A stretch of 64,000 nucleotides of DNA from Macrostomum lignano (GCA_002269645.1 NIVC01003243.1:1-64000), one strand, 5' to 3'; positions 1 to 15,000 are shown, numbered from the stretch's first letter. The notes: generated from the letters alone by a model not told the origin. Program-made: numbers and translations.

Positions 1-3000
1 ACTCTGGAAGCTGGAGTGTAGCTTAATGAAGAACTCTGGAAGCTGGAGTGTAGCCTAATGAAGGAACTCTGGAAGCTGGAGTGTAGCTTAATGAAGAACT
101 CTGGAAGCTGGAGTGTAGCTTAATGAAAACTCTGGAAGCTGGAGTGTAGCTTAATGAAGAACTCTGGAAGCTGGAGTGTAGCTAATGAAGAACTCTGGAA
201 GCTGGAGTGTAGCTAATGAAGAACTCTGGAAGCTGGAGTGTAGCTTAATGAAGAACTCTGGAAGCTGGAGTGTAGCTTAATGAAGAACTCTGGAAGCTGG
301 AGTGTAGCTTAATGAAGAACTCTGGAAGCTGGAGTGTAGCTTAATGAAGAACTCTGGAAGCTGGAGTGTAGCTTAATGAAGAACTCTGGAAGCTGGAGTG
401 TAGCTTAATGAAGAACTCTGGAAGCTGGAGTGTAGCTTAATGAAGAACTCTGGAAGCTGGAGTGTAGCTTAATGAAGAACTCTGGAAGCTGGAGTGTAGC
501 TTAATGAAGAACTCTGGAAGCTGGAGTGTAGCCTAATGAAGAACTCTGGAAGCTGGAGTGTAGCTTAATGAAGAACTCTGGAAGCTGGAGTGTAGCTTAA
601 TGAAGAACTCTGGAAGCTGGAGTGTAGCTAATGAAGAACTCTGGAAGCTGGAGTGTAGCTTAATGAAGAACTCTGGAAGCTGGAGTGTAGCTAATGAAGA
701 ACTCTGGAAGCTGGAGTGTAGCTAATGAAGAACTCTGGAAGCTGGAGTGTAGCTAATGAAGAACTCTGGAAGCTGGAGTGTAGCTTAATGAAGAACTCTG
801 GAAGCTGGAGTGTAGCTAATGAAGAACTCTGGAAGCTGGAGTGTAGCTTAATGAAGAACTCTGAAGCTGGAGTGTAGCTTAATGAAGAACTCTGGAAGCT
901 GGAGTGTAGCTTAATGAAGAACTCTGGAAGCTGGAGTGTAGCTTAATGAAGAACTCTGGAAGCTGGAGTGTAGCCTAATGAAGAACTCTGGAAGCTGGAG
1001 TGTAGCTAATGAAGAACTCTGGAAGCTGGAGTGTAGCTTAATGAAGAACTCTGGAAGCTGGAGTGTAGCTTAATGAAGAACTCTGGAAGCTGGAGTGTAG
1101 CTTAATGAAGAACTCTGGAAGCTGAGTGTAGCTAATGAAGAACTCTGGAAGCTGGAGTGTAGCTTAATGAAGAACTGGAAGCTGGAGTGTAGCTTAATGA
1201 AGAACTCTGGAAGCTGGAGTGTAGCTAATGAAGAACTCTGGAAGCTGGAGTGTAGCCTTAATGAAGAACTCTGGAAGCTGGAGTGTAGCTTAATGAAGAA
1301 CTCTGGAAGCTGGAGTGTAGCTTAATGAAGAACTCTGGAAGCTGAGTGTAGCCTAATGAAGAACTCTGGAAGCTGGAGTGTAGCTTAATGAAGAACTCTG
1401 GAAGCTGGAGTGTAGCTTAATGAAGAACTCTGGAAGCTGGAGTGTAGCTTAATGAAGAACTCTGGAAGCTGGAGTGTAGCTAATGAAGAACTCTGGAAGC
1501 TGGAGTGTAGCCTAATGAAGAACTCTGGAAGCTGAGTGTAGCTTAATGAAGAACTCTGGAAGCTGGAGTGTAGCTTAGAAGAACTCTGGAAGCTGGAGTG
1601 TAGCTAATGAAGAACTCTGGAAGCTGGAGTGTAGCCTAATGAAGAACTCTGGAAGCTGGAGTGTAGCTTAATGAAGAACTCTGGAAGCTGGAGTGTAGCT
1701 TAATGAAGAACTCTGGAAGCTGGAGTGTAGCTAATGAAGAACTCTGGAAGCTGGAGTGTAGCTTAATGAAGAACTCTGGAAGCTGGAGTGTAGCTAATGA
1801 AGAACTCTGGAAGCTGGAGTGTAGCTTAATGAAGAACTCTGGAAGCTGGAGTGTAGCTTAATGAAGAACTCTGGAAGCTGGAGTGTAGCTTAATGAAGAA
1901 CTCTGGAAGCTGGAGTGTAGCTTAATGAAGAACTCTGGAAGCTGGAGTGTAGCCTAATGAAGAACTCTGGAAGCTGAGTGTAGCTTAATGAAGAACTCTG
2001 GAAGCTGGAGTGTAGCTTAATGAAGAACTCTGGAAGCTGGAGTGTAGCCTTAATGAAGAACTCTGGAAGCTGGAGTGTAGCCTAATGAAGAACTCTGGAA
2101 GCTGGAGTGTAGCTTAATGAAGAACTCTGGAAGCTGGAGTGTAGCTTAATGAAGAACTCTGGAAGCTGGAGTGTAGCCTAATGAAGAACTCTGGAAGCTG
2201 GAGTGTAGCTTAATGAAGAACTCTGGAAGCTGGAGTGTAGCTTAATGAAGAACTCTGGAAGCTGGAGTGTAGCTTAATGAAGAACTCTGGAAGCTGGAGT
2301 GTAGCTTAATGAAGAACTCTGGAAGCTGGAGTGTAGCTAATGAAGAACTCTGGAAGCTGGAGTGTAGCTTAATGAAGAACTCTGGAAGCTGGAGTGTAGC
2401 TTAATGAAGAACTCTGGAAGCTGGAGTGTAGCTTAATGAAGAACTCTGGAAGCTGGAGTGTAGCTTAATGAAGAACTCTGGAAGCTGGAGTGTAGCCTAA
2501 TGAAGAACTCTGGAAGCTGGAGTGTAGCCTAATGAAGAACTCTGGAAGCTGGAGTGTAGCCTAATGAAGAACTCTGGAAGCTGGAGTGTAGCTTAATGAA
2601 GAACTCTGGAAGCTGGAGTGTAGCTTAATGAAGAACTCTGGAAGCTGGAGTGTAGCTTAATGAAGAACCCTGGAAGCTGGAGTGTAGCCTAATGAAGAAC
2701 TCTGGAAGCTGGAGTGTACCCTAATGAAGACTATGAAGCTTGGAGTGTAGCTTAATGAAGAACTCTGGAAGCTGGAGTGTAGCTAATGAAGAACTCTGGA
2801 AGCTGGAGTGTAGCTTAATGAAGAACTCTGGAAGCTGGAGTGTAGCCTAATGAAGAACTCTGGAAGCTGGAGTGTAGCCTAATGAAGAACTCTGGAAGCT
2901 GGAGTGTAGCTTAATGAAGAACTCTGGAAGCTGGAGTGTAGCTTAATGAAGAACTCTGGAAGCTGGAGTGTAGCTTAATGAAGAACTCTGGAAGCTGGAG

Positions 3001-6000
3001 TGTAGCTAATGAAGAACTCTGGAAGCTGGAGTGTAGCTTAATGAAGAACTCTGGAAGCTGGAGTGTAGCTTAATGAAGAACTCTGGAAGCTGGAGTGTAG
3101 CTTAATGAAGAACTCTGGAAGCTGGAGTGTAGCTTAATGAAGAACTCTGGAAGCTGGAGTGTAGCTAATGAAGAACTCTGGAAGCTGGAGTGTAGCTAAT
3201 GAAGAACTCTGGAAGCTGGAGTGTAGCTTAATGAAGAACTCTGGAAGCTGGAGTGTAGCTAATGAAGAACTCTGGAAGCTGGAGTGTAGCTAATGAAGAA
3301 CTCTGGAAGCTGGAGTGTAGCTTAATGAAGAACTCTGGAAGCTGGAGTGTAGCTTAATGAAAACTCTGGAAGCTGGAGTGTAGCCTAATGAAGAACTCTG
3401 GAAGCTGGAGTGTAGCTTAATGAAGAACTCTGGAAGCTGGAGTGTAGCTTAATGAAGAACTCTGGAAGCTGGAGTGTAGCTTAATGAAGAACTCTGGAAG
3501 CTGGAGTGTAGCCTAATGAAGAACTCTGGAAGCTGGAGTGTAGCCTAATGAAGAACTCTGGAAGCTGGAGTGTAGCTTAATGAAGAACTCTGGAAGCTGG
3601 AGTGTAGCTTAATGAAGAACTCTGGAAGCTGGAGTGTAGCCTAATGAAGAACTCTGGAAGCTGGAGTGTAGCTTAATGAAGAACTCTGGAAGCTGGAGTG
3701 TAGCCTTAATGAAGAACTCTGGAAGCTGGAGTGTAGCCTAATGAAGAACTCTGGAAGCTGGAGTGTAGCCTAATGAAGAACTCTGGAAGCTGGAGTGTAG
3801 CTTAATGAAGAACTCTGGAAGCTGGAGTGTAGCTTAATGAAGAACTCTGGAAGCTGGAGTGTAGCTTAATGAAGAACTCTGGAAGCTGGAGTGTAGCTAA
3901 TGAAGAACTCTGGAAGCTGGAGTGTAGCCTAATGAAGAACTCTGGAAGCTGGAGTGTAGCTTAATGAAGAACTCTGGAAGCTGGAGTGTAGCTTAATGAA
4001 GAACTCTGGAAGCTGGAGTGTAGCTTAATGAAGAACTCTGGAAGCTGGAGTGTAGCTAATGAAGAACTCTGGAAGCTGGAGTGTAGCCTAATGAAGAACT
4101 CTGGAAGCTGGAGTGTAGCTTAATGAAGAACTCTGGAAGCTGGAGTGTAGCTTAATGAAGAACTCTGGAAGCTGGAGTGTAGCTAATGAAGAACTCTGGA
4201 AGCTGGAGTGTAGCTTAATGAAGAACTCTGGAAGCTGGAGTGTAGCTTAATGAAGAACTCTGGAAGCTGGAGTGTAGCTTAATGAAGAACTCTGGAAGCT
4301 GGAGTGTAGCTTAATGAAGAACTCTGGAAGCTGGAGTGTAGCTTAATGAAGAACTCTGGAAGCTGGAGTGTAGCTTAATGAAGAACTCTGGAAGCTGAGT
4401 GTAGCTTAATGAAGAACTCTGGAAGCTGGAGTGTAGCTTAATGAAGAACTCTGGAAGCTGGAGTGTAGCTAATGAAGAACTCTGGAAGCTGGAGTGTAGC
4501 TTAATGAAGAACTCTGGAAGCTGGAGTGTAGCTTAATGAAGAACTCTGGAAGCTGGAGTGTAGCTTAATGAAGAACTCTGGAAGCTGGAGTGTAGCCTAA
4601 TGAAGAACTCTGGAAGCTGGAGTGTAGCTAATGAAGAACTCTGGAAGCTGGAGTGTAGCTTAATGAAGAACTCTGGAAGCTGGAGTGTAGCTTAATGAAG
4701 AACTCTGGAAGCTGGAGTGTAGCTTAATGAAGAACTCTGGAAGCTGGAGTGTAGCCTAATGAAGAACTCTGGAAGCTGGAGTGTAGCTTAATGAAGAACT
4801 CTGGAAGCTGGAGTGTAGCTTAATGAAGAACTCTGGAAGCTGGAGTGTAGCCTAATGAAGAACTCTGGAAGCTGGAGTGTAGCTAATGAAGAACTCTGGA
4901 AGCTGGAGTGTAGCCTAATGAAGAACTCTGGAAGCTGGAGTGTAGCTTAATGAAGAACTCTGGAAGCTGGAGTGTAGCTTAATGAAGAACTCTGGAAGCT
5001 GGAGTGTAGCCTAATGAAGAACTCTGGAAGCTGGAGTGTAGCTTAATGAAGAACTCTGGAAGCTGGAGTGTAGCTAATGAAGAACTCTGGAAGCTGGAGT
5101 GTAGCTAATGAAGAACTCTGGAAGCTGGAGTGTAGCTAATGAAGAACTCTGGAAGCTGGAGTGTAGCTTAATGAAGAACTCTGGAAGCTGGAGTGTAGCT
5201 TAATGAAGAACTCTGGAAGCTGGAGTGTAGCTTAATGAAGAACTCTGGAAGCTGGAGTGTAGCTTAATGAAGAACTCTGGAAGCTGGAGTGTAGCCTAAT
5301 GAAGAACTCTGGAAGCTGGAGTGTAGCCTAATGAAGAACTCTGGAAGCTGAGTGTAGCTTAATGAAGAACTCTGGAAGCTGGAGTGTAGCTTAATGAAGA
5401 ACTCTGGAAGCTGAGTGTAGCCTAATGAAGAACTCTGGAAGCTGGAGTGTAGCTAATGAAGAACTCTGGAAGCTGGAGTGTAGCTAATGAAGAACTCTGG
5501 AAGCTGGAGTGTAGCTTAATGAAGAACTCTGGAAGCTGGAGTGTAGCTTAATGAAGAACTCTGGAAGCTGGAGTGTAGCTAATGAAGAACTCTGGAAGCT
5601 GGAGTGTAGCTAATGAAGAACTCTGGAAGCTGGAGTGTAGCTTAATGAAGAACTCTGGAAGCTGGAGTGTAGCTAATGAAGAACTCTGGAAGCTGGAGTG
5701 TAGCTTAATGAAGAACTCTGGAAGCTGGAGTGTAGCTTAATGAAGAACTCTGGAAGCTGGAGTGTAGCTAATGAAGAACTCTGGAAGCTGGAGTGTAGCT
5801 TAATGAAGAACTCTGGAAGCTGGAGTGTAGCTTAATGAAGAACTCTGGAAGCTGGAGTGTAGCCTAATGAAGAACTCTGGAAGCTGGAGTGTAGCCTAAT
5901 GAAGAACTCTGGAAGCTGGAGTGTAGCTTAATGAAGAACTCTGGAAGCTGGAGTGTAGCTAATGAAGAACTCTGGAAGCTGGAGTGTAGCTAATGAAGAA

Positions 6001-9000
6001 CTCTGGAAGCTGGAGTGTAGCTTAATGAAGAACTCTGGAAGCTGGAGTGTAGCTTAATGAAGAACTCTGGAAGCTGGAGTGTAGCTTAATGAAGAACTCT
6101 GGAAGCTGGAGTGTAGCTTAATGAAGAACTCTGGAAGCTGGAGTGTAGCTTAATGAAGAACTCTGGAAGCTGGAGTGTAGCTAATGAAGAACTCTGGAAG
6201 CTGGAGTGTAGCTAATGAAGAACTCTGGAAGCTGGAGTGTAGCTAATGAAGAACTCTGGAAGCTGGAGTGTAGCTTAATGAAGAACTCTGGAAGCTGGAG
6301 TGTAGCTTAATGAAGAACTCTGGAAGCTGGAGTGTAGCTTAATGAAGAACTCTGGAAGCTGGAGTGTAGCTAATGAAGAACTCTGGAAGCTGGAGTGTAG
6401 CTTAATGAAGAACTCTGGAAGCTGGAGTGTAGCTAATGAAGAACTCTGGAAGCTGGAGTGTAGCTTAATGAAGAACTCTGGAAGCTGGAGTGTAGCTAAT
6501 GAAGAACTCTGGAAGCTGGAGTGTAGCCTAATGAAGAACTCTGGAAGCTGGAGTGTAGCTTAATGAAGAACTCTGGAAGCTGGAGTGTAGCTTAATGAAG
6601 AACTCTGGAAGCTGGAGTGTAGCTAATGAAGAACTCTGGAAGCTGGAGTGTAGCCTAATGAAGAACTCTGGAAGCTGGAGTGTAGCCTAATGAAGAACTC
6701 TGGAAGCTGGAGTGTAGCTTAATGAAGAACTCTGGAAGCTGGAGTGTAGCTTAATGAAGAACTCTGGAAGCTGAGTGTAGCTTAATGAAGAACTCTGGAA
6801 GCTGGAGTGTAGCCTAATGAAGAACTCTGGAAGCTGGAGTGTAGCTTAATGAAGAACTCTGGAAGCTGGAGTGTAGCTTAATGAAGAACTCTGGAAGCTG
6901 GAGTGTAGCTAATGAAGAACTCTGGAAGCTGGAGTGTAGCTTAATGAAGAACTCTGGAAGCTGGAGTGTAGCTTAATGAAGAACTCTGGAAGCTGGAGTG
7001 TAGCTAATGAAGAACTCTGGAAGCTGGAGTGTAGCTTAATGAAGAACTCTGGAAGCTGGAGTGTAGCTTAATGAAGAACTCTGGAAGCTGGAGTGTAGCT
7101 TAATGAAGAACTCTGGAAGCTGGAGTGTAGCTTAATGAAGAACTCTGGAAGCTGGAGTGTAGCTTAATGAAGAACTCTGGAAGCTGGAGTGTAGCTAATG
7201 AAGAACTCTGGAAGCTGGAGTGTAGCCTAATGAAGAACTCTGGAAGCTGGAGTGTAGCCTAATGAAGAACTCTGGAAGCTGGAGTGTAGCTAATGAAGAA
7301 CTCTGGAAGCTGGAGTGTAGCTTAATGAAGAACTCTGGAAGCTGGAGTGTAGCTTAATGAAGAACTCTGGAAGCTGGAGTGTAGCTTAATGAAGAACTCT
7401 GGAAGCTGGAGTGTAGCTTAATGAAGAACTCTGGAAGCTGGAGTGTAGCTTAATGAAGAACTCTGGAAGCTGGAGTGTAGCCTAATGAAGAACTCTGGAA
7501 GCTGGAGTGTAGCTAATGAAGAACTCTGGAAGCTGGAGTGTAGCTTAATGAAGAACTCTGGAAGCTGGAGTGTAGCTTAATGAAGAACTCTGGAAGCTGG
7601 AGTGTAGCTTAATGAAGAACTCTGGAAGCTGGAGTGTAGCTTAATGAAGAACTCTGGAAGCTGGAGTGTAGCTTAATGAAGAACTCTGGAAGCTGGAGTG
7701 TAGCTTAATGAAGAACTCTGGAAGCTGGAGTGTAGCTTAATGAAGAACTCTGGAAGCTGGAGTGTAGCCTAATGAAGAACTCTGGAAGCTGGAGTGTAGC
7801 CTAATGAAGAACTCTGGAAGCTGGAGTGTAGCTTAATGAAGAACTCTGGAAGCTGGAGTGTAGCTTAATGAAGAACTCTGGAAGCTGGAGTGTAGCTTAA
7901 TGAAGAACTCTGGAAGCTGGAGTGTAGCTTAATGAAGAACTCTGGAAGCTGGAGTGTAGCTAATGAAGAACTCTGGAAGCTGGAGTGTAGCTTAATGAAG
8001 AACTCTGGAAGCTGGAGTGTAGCTTAATGAAGAACTCTGGAAGCTGGAGTGTAGCCTAATGAAGAACTCTGGAAGCTGGAGTGTAGCCTAATGAAGAACT
8101 CTGGAAGCTGGAGTGTAGCTAATGAAGAACTCTGGAAGCTGGAGTGTAGCTAATGAAGAACTCTGGAAGCTGGAGTGTAGCTTAATGAAGAACTCTGGAA
8201 GCTGGAGTGTAGCTTAATGAAGAACTCTGGAAGCTGGAGTGTAGCTTAATGAAGAACTCTGGAAGCTGGAGTGTAGCTTAATGAAGAACTCTGGAAGCTG
8301 GAGTGTAGCTTAATGAAGAACTCTGGAAGCTGGAGTGTAGCTTAATGAAGAACTCTGGAAGCTGGAGTGTAGCCTAATGAAGAACTCTGGAAGCTGGAGT
8401 GTAGCCTAATGAAGAACTCTGGAAGCTGGAGTGTAGCCTAATGAAGAACTCTGGAAGCTGGAGTGTAGCTAATGAAGAACTCTGGAAGCTGGAGTGTAGC
8501 TTAATGAAGAACTCTGGAAGCTGGAGTGTAGCTTAATGAAGAACTCTGGAAGCTGGAGTGTAGCTTAATGAAGAACTCTGGAAGCTGGAGTGTAGCTTAA
8601 TGAAGAACTCTGGAAGCTGGAGTGTAGCTTAATGAAGAACTCTGGAAGCTGGAGTGTAGCTTAATGAAGAACTCTGGAAGCTGGAGTGTAGCTAATGAAG
8701 AACTCTGGAAGCTGGAGTGTAGCTAATGAAGAACTCTGGAAGCTGGAGTGTAGCTAATGAAGAACTCTGGAAGCTGGAGTGTAGCTAATGAAGAACTCTG
8801 GAAGCTGGAGTGTAGCCTAATGAAGAACTCTGGAAGCTGGAGTGTAGCCTAATGAAGAACTCTGGAAGCTGGAGTGTAGCCTAATGAAGAACTCTGGAAG
8901 CTGGAGTGTAGCTTAATGAAGAACTCTGGAAGCTGGAGTGTAGCTTAATGAAGAACTCTGGAAGCTGGAGTGTAGCTTAATGAAGAACTCTGGAAGCTGA

Positions 9001-12000
9001 GTGTAGCTTAATGAAGAACTCTGGAAGCTGGAGTGTAGCTTAATGAAGAACTCTGGAAGCTGGAGTGTAGCTTAATGAAGAACTCTGGAAGCTGGAGTGT
9101 AGCTAATGAAGAACTCTGGAAGCTGGAGTGTAGCTAATGAAGAACTCTGGAAGCTGGAGTGTAGCTTAATGAAGAACTCTGGAAGCTGGAGTGTAGCTTA
9201 ATGAAGAACTCTGGAAGCTGGAGTGTAGCTTAATGAAGAACTCTGGAAGCTGGAGTGTAGCTTAATGAAGAACTCTGGAAGCTGGAGTGTAGCTTAATGA
9301 AGAACTCTGGAAGCTGGAGTGTAGCTTAATGAAGAACTCTGGAAGCTGGAGTGTAGCTTAATGAAGAACTCTGGAAGCTGGAGTGTAGCTTAATGAAGAA
9401 CTCTGGAAGCTGGAGTGTAGCCTAATGAAGAACTCTGGAAGCTGGAGTGTAGCTAATGAAGAACTCTGGAAGCTGGAGTGTAGCCTAATGAAGAACTCTG
9501 GAAGCTGGAGTGTAGCCTAATGAAGAACTCTGGAAGCTGGAGTGTAGCTTAATGAAGAACTCTGGAAGCTGGAGTGTAGCTTAATGAAGAACTCTGGAAG
9601 CTGGAGTGTAGCCTAATGAAGAACTCTGGAAGCTGGAGTGTAGCTTAATGAAGAACTCTGGAAGCTGGAGTGTAGCTTAATGAAGAACTCTGGAAGCTGG
9701 AGTGTAGCTAATGAAGAACTCTGGAAGCTGGAGTGTAGCCTAATGAAGAACTCTGGAAGCTGGAGTGTAGCTTAATGAAGAACTCTGGAAGCTGGAGTGT
9801 AGCTTAATGAAGAACTCTGGAAGCTGGAGTGTAGCTTAATGAAGAACTCTGGAAGCTGGAGTGTAGCTTAATGAAGAACTCTGGAAGCTGGAGTGTAGCT
9901 TAATGAAGAACTCTGGAAGCTGGAGTGTAGCTTAATGAAGAACTCTGGAAGCTGGAGTGTAGCTTAATGAAGAACTCTGGAAGCTGGAGTGTAGCTAATG
10001 AAGAACTCTGGAAGCTGGAGTGTAGCTAATGAAGAACTCTGGAAGCTGGAGTGTAGCTAATGAAGAACTCTGGAAGCTGGAGTGTAGCTTAATGAAGAAC
10101 TCTGGAAGCTGGAGTGTAGCTTAATGAAGAACTCTGGAAGCTGGAGTGTAGCTTAATGAAGAACTCTGGAAGCTGGAGTGTAGCCTAATGAAGAACTCTG
10201 GAAGCTGGAGTGTAGCCTAATGAAGAACTCTGGAAGCTGGAGTGTAGCCTAATGAAGAACTCTGGAAGCTGGAGTGTAGCTTAATGAAGAACTCTGGAAG
10301 CTGGAGTGTAGCTTAATGAAGAACTCTGGAAGCTGGAGTGTAGCTTAATGAAGAACTCTGGAAGCTGGAGTGTAGCTAATGAAGAACTCTGGAAGCTGGA
10401 GTGTAGCCTAATGAAGAACTCTGGAAGCTGGAGTGTAGCCTAATGAAGAACTCTGGAAGCTGGAGTGTAGCTTAATGAAGAACTCTGGAAGCTGGAGTGT
10501 AGCCTAATGAAGAACTCTGGAAGCTGGAGTGTAGCCTAATGAAGAACTCTGGAAGCTGGAGTGTAGCCTAATGAAGAACTCTGGAAGCTGGAGTGTAGCT
10601 AATGAAGAACTCTGGAAGCTGGAGTGTAGCTAATGAAGAACTCTGGAAGCTGGAGTGTAGCTAATGAAGAACTCTGGAAGCTGGAGTGTAGCCTAATGAA
10701 GAACTCTGGAAGCTGGAGTGTAGCTTAATGAAGAACTCTGGAAGCTGGAGTGTAGCTTAATGAAGACTCTGGAAGCTGGAGTGTAGCTTAATGAAGAACT
10801 CTGGAAGCTGGAGTGTAGCCTAATGAAGACTCTGGAAGCTGGAGTGTAGCTTAATGAAGAACTCTGGAAGCTGGAGTGTAGCTTAATGAATAACTCTGGA
10901 AGCTGGAGTGTAGCCTAATGAAGAACCTGGAAGCTGGAGTGTAGCCTAATGAAGAACTCTGGAAGCTGGAGTGTAGCTTAATGAAGAACTCTGGAAGCTG
11001 GAGTGTAGCTTAATGAAGAACTCTGGAAGCTGGAGTGTAGCCTAATGAAGAACTCTGGAAGCTGGAGTGTAGCTTAATGAAGAACTCTGGAAGCTGGAGT
11101 GTAGCTTAATGAAGAACTCTGGAAGCTGGAGTGTAGCTTAATGAAGAACTCTGGAAGCTGGAGTGTAGCTTAATGAAGAACTCTGGAAGCTGGAGTGTAG
11201 CTTAATGAAGAACTCTGGAAGCTGGAGTGTAGCCTAATGAAGAACTCTGGAAGCTGGAGTGTAGCCTAATGAAGAACTCTGGAAGCTGGAGTGTAGCCTA
11301 ATGAAGAACTCTGGAAGCTGGAGTGTAGCCTAATGAAGAACTCTGGAAGCTGGAGTGTAGCCTTAATGAAGAACTCTGGAAGCTGGAGTGTAGCTTAATG
11401 AAGAACTCTGGAAGCTGGAGTGTAGCTTAATGAAGAACTCTGGAAGCTGAGTGTAGCTTAATGAAGAACTCTGGAAGCTGGAGTGTAGCTTAAGAACTCT
11501 GGAAGCTGGAGTGTAGCTTAATGAAGAACTCTGGAAGCTGGAGTGTAGCCTAATGAAGAACTCTGGAAGCTGGAGTGTAGCTTAATGAAGAACTCTGGAA
11601 GCTGGAGTGTAGCTAATGAAGAACTCTGGAAGCTGGAGTGTAGCTTAATGAAGAACTCTGGAAGCTGGAGTGTAGCTTAATGAAGAACTCTGGAAGCTGG
11701 AGTGTAGCTTAATGAAGAACTCTGGAAGCTGGAGTGTAGCTTAATGAAGAACTCTGGAAGCTGGAGTGTAGCTTAATGAAGAACTCTGGAAGCTGGAGTG
11801 TAGCTAATGAAGAACTCTGGAAGCTGGAGTGTAGCCTAATGAAGAACTCTGGAAGCTGGAGTGTAGCTTAATGAAGAACTCTGGAAGCTGGAGTGTAGCT
11901 AATGAAGAACTCTGGAAGCTGGAGTGTAGCTTAATGAAGAACTCTGGAAGCTGGAGTGTAGCTTAATGAAGAACTCTGGAAGCTGGAGTGTAGCTTAATG

Positions 12001-15000
12001 AAGAACTCTGGAAGCTGGAGTGTAGCTTAATGAAGAACTCTGGAAGCTGGAGTGTAGCTTAATGAAGAACTCTGGAAGCTGGAGTGTAGCTAATGAAGAA
12101 CTCTGGAAGCTGGAGTGTAGCTTAATGAAGAACTCTGGAAGCTGGAGTGTAGCTAATGAAGAACTCTGGAAGCTGGAGTGTAGCTTAATGAAGAACTCTG
12201 GAAGCTGGAGTGTAGCTTAATGAAGAACTCTGGAAGCTGGAGTGTAGCTTAATGAAGAACTCTGGAAGCTGGAGTGTAGCTTAATGAAGAACTCTGGAAG
12301 CTGGAGTGTAGCTTAATGAAGAACTCTGGAAGCTGGAGTGTAGCTTAATGAAGAACTCTGGAAGCTGGAGTGTAGCTTAATGAAGAACTCTGGAAGCTGG
12401 AGTGTAGCCTAATGAAGAACTCTGGAAGCTGGAGTGTAGCCTAATGAAGAACTCTGGAAGCTGGAGTGTAGCTTAATGAAGAACTCTGGAAGCTGGAGTG
12501 TAGCTTAATGAAGAACTCTGGAAGCTGGAGTGTAGCTTAATGAAGAACTCTGGAAGCTGGAGTGTAGCCTAATGAAGAACTCTGGAAGCTGGAGTGTAGC
12601 TTAATGAAGAACTCTGGAAGCTGGAGTGTAGCTTAATGAAGAACTCTGGAAGCTGGAGTGTAGCTTAATGAAGAACTCTGGAAGCTGGAGTGTAGCTAAT
12701 GAAGAACTCTGGAAGCTGGAGTGTAGCCTAATGAAGAACTCTGGAAGCTGGAGTGTAGCTAATGAAGAACTCTGGAAGCTGGAGTGTAGCTAATGAAGAA
12801 CTCTGGAAGCTGGAGTGTAGCTTAATGAAGAACTCTGGAAGCTGGAGTGTAGCTTAATGAAGAACTCTGGAAGCTGGAGTGTAGCTTAATGAAGAACTCT
12901 GGAAGCTGGAGTGTAGCTTAATGAAGAACTCTGGAAGCTGGAGTGTAGCTTAATGAAGAACTCTGGAAGCTGGAGTGTAGCTTAATGAAGAACTCTGGAA
13001 GCTGGAGTGTAGCCTTAATGAAGAACTCTGGAAGCTGGAGTGTAGCCTAATGAAGAACTCTGGAAGCTGGAGTGTAGCCTAATGAAGAACTCTGGAAGCT
13101 GGAGTGTAGCTTAATGAAGAACTCTGGAAGCTGGAGTGTAGCTTAATGAAGAACTCTGGAAGCTGGAGTGTAGCTTAATGAAGAACTCTGGAAGCTGGAG
13201 TGTAGCTTAATGAAGAACTCTGGAAGCTGAGTGTAGCTTAATGAAGAACTCTGGAAGCTGGAGTGTAGCTTAATGAAGAACTCTGGAAGCTGGAGTGTAG
13301 CTAATGAAGAACTCTGGAAGCTGGAGTGTAGCTTAATGAAGAACTCTGGAAGCTGGAGTGTAGCTTAATGAAGAACTCTGGAAGCTGGAGTGTAGCTTAA
13401 TGAAGAACTCTGGAAGCTGGAGTGTAGCTTAATGAAGAACTCTGGAAGCTGGAGTGTAGCTTAATGAAGAACTCTGGAAGCTGGAGTGTAGCTTAATGAA
13501 GAACTCTGGAAGCTGGAGTGTAGCTTAATGAAGAACTCTGGAAGCTGGAGTGTAGCTTAATGAAGAACTCTGGAAGCTGGAGTGTAGCTTAATGAAGAAC
13601 TCTGGAAGCTGGAGTGTAGCTTAATGAAGAACTCTGGAAGCTGGAGTGTAGCTTAATGAAGAACTCTGGAAGCTGGAGTGTAGCTTAATGAAGAACTCTG
13701 GAAGCTGGAGTGTAGCTTAATGAAGAACTCTGGAAGCTGGAGTGTAGCTTAATGAAGAACTCTGGAAGCTGGAGTGTAGCTTAATGAAGAACTCTGGAAG
13801 CTGGAGTGTAGCCTAATGAAGAACTCTGGAAGCTGGAGTGTAGCTTAATGAAGAACTCTGGAAGCTGGAGTGTAGCTTAATGAAGAACTCTGGAAGCTGG
13901 AGTGTAGCTTAATGAAGAACTCTGGAAGCTGGAGTGTAGCTTAATGAAGAACTCTGGAAGCTGAGTGTAGCTAATGAAGAACTCTGGAAGCTGGAGTGTA
14001 GCTTAATGAAGAACTCTGGAAGCTGGAGTGTAGCTAATGAAGAACTCTGAAGCTGGAGTGTAGCTTAATGAAGAACTCTGGAAGCTGGAGTGTAGCCTAA
14101 TGAAGAACTCTGGAAGCTGGAGTGTAGCCTAATGAAGAACTCTGGAAGCTGGAGTGTAGCTTAATGAAGAACTCTGGAAGCTGGAGTGTAGCTTAATGAA
14201 GAACTCTGGAAGCTGGAGTGTAGCTTAATGAAGAACTCTGGAAGCTAGAGTGTAGCCTAATGAAGAACTCTGGAAGCTAGAGTGTAGCTTAATGAAGAAC
14301 TCTGGAAGCTGGAGTGTAGCTTAATGAAGAACTCTGGAAGCTGGAGTGTAGCTTAATGAAGAACTCTGGAAGCTGGAGTGTAGCCTAATGAAGAACTCTG
14401 GAAGCTGGAGTGTAGCCTAATGAAGAACTCTGGAAGCTGGAGTGTAGCTTAATGAAGAACTCTGGAAGCTGGAGTGTAGCTTAATGAAGAACTCTGGAAG
14501 CTGGAGTGTAGCTTAATGAAGAACTCTGGAAGCTGGAGTGTAGCCTAATGAAGAACTCTGGAAGCTGGAGTGTACCCTAATGAAGACTATGAAGTTGGAG
14601 TGTAGCTTATTGAAGAACTCTGGAAGCTGGAGTGTAGCTTAATGAAGAACTCTGGAAGCTGGAGTGTAGCTTAATGAAGAACTCTGGAAGCTAGAGTGTA
14701 GCCTAATGAAGAACTCTGGAAGCTAGAGTGTAGCTTAATGAAGAACTCTGGAAGCTGGAGTGTAGCTTAATGAAGAACTCTGGAAGCTGGAGTGTAGCTT
14801 AATGAAGAACTCTGGAAGTTGGAGTGTAGCTTAATGAAGAACTCTGGAAGCTAGAGTGTAGCCTAATGAAGAACTCTGGAAGCTAGAGTGTAGCTTAATG
14901 AAGAACCCTGGAAGCTAGAGTGTAGCCTAATGAAGACTATGAAGCTGGAGTGTGGCCTAATGAAGAACCCTGGAAGCTTGAGTGTGGCCTAATGAAGAAC

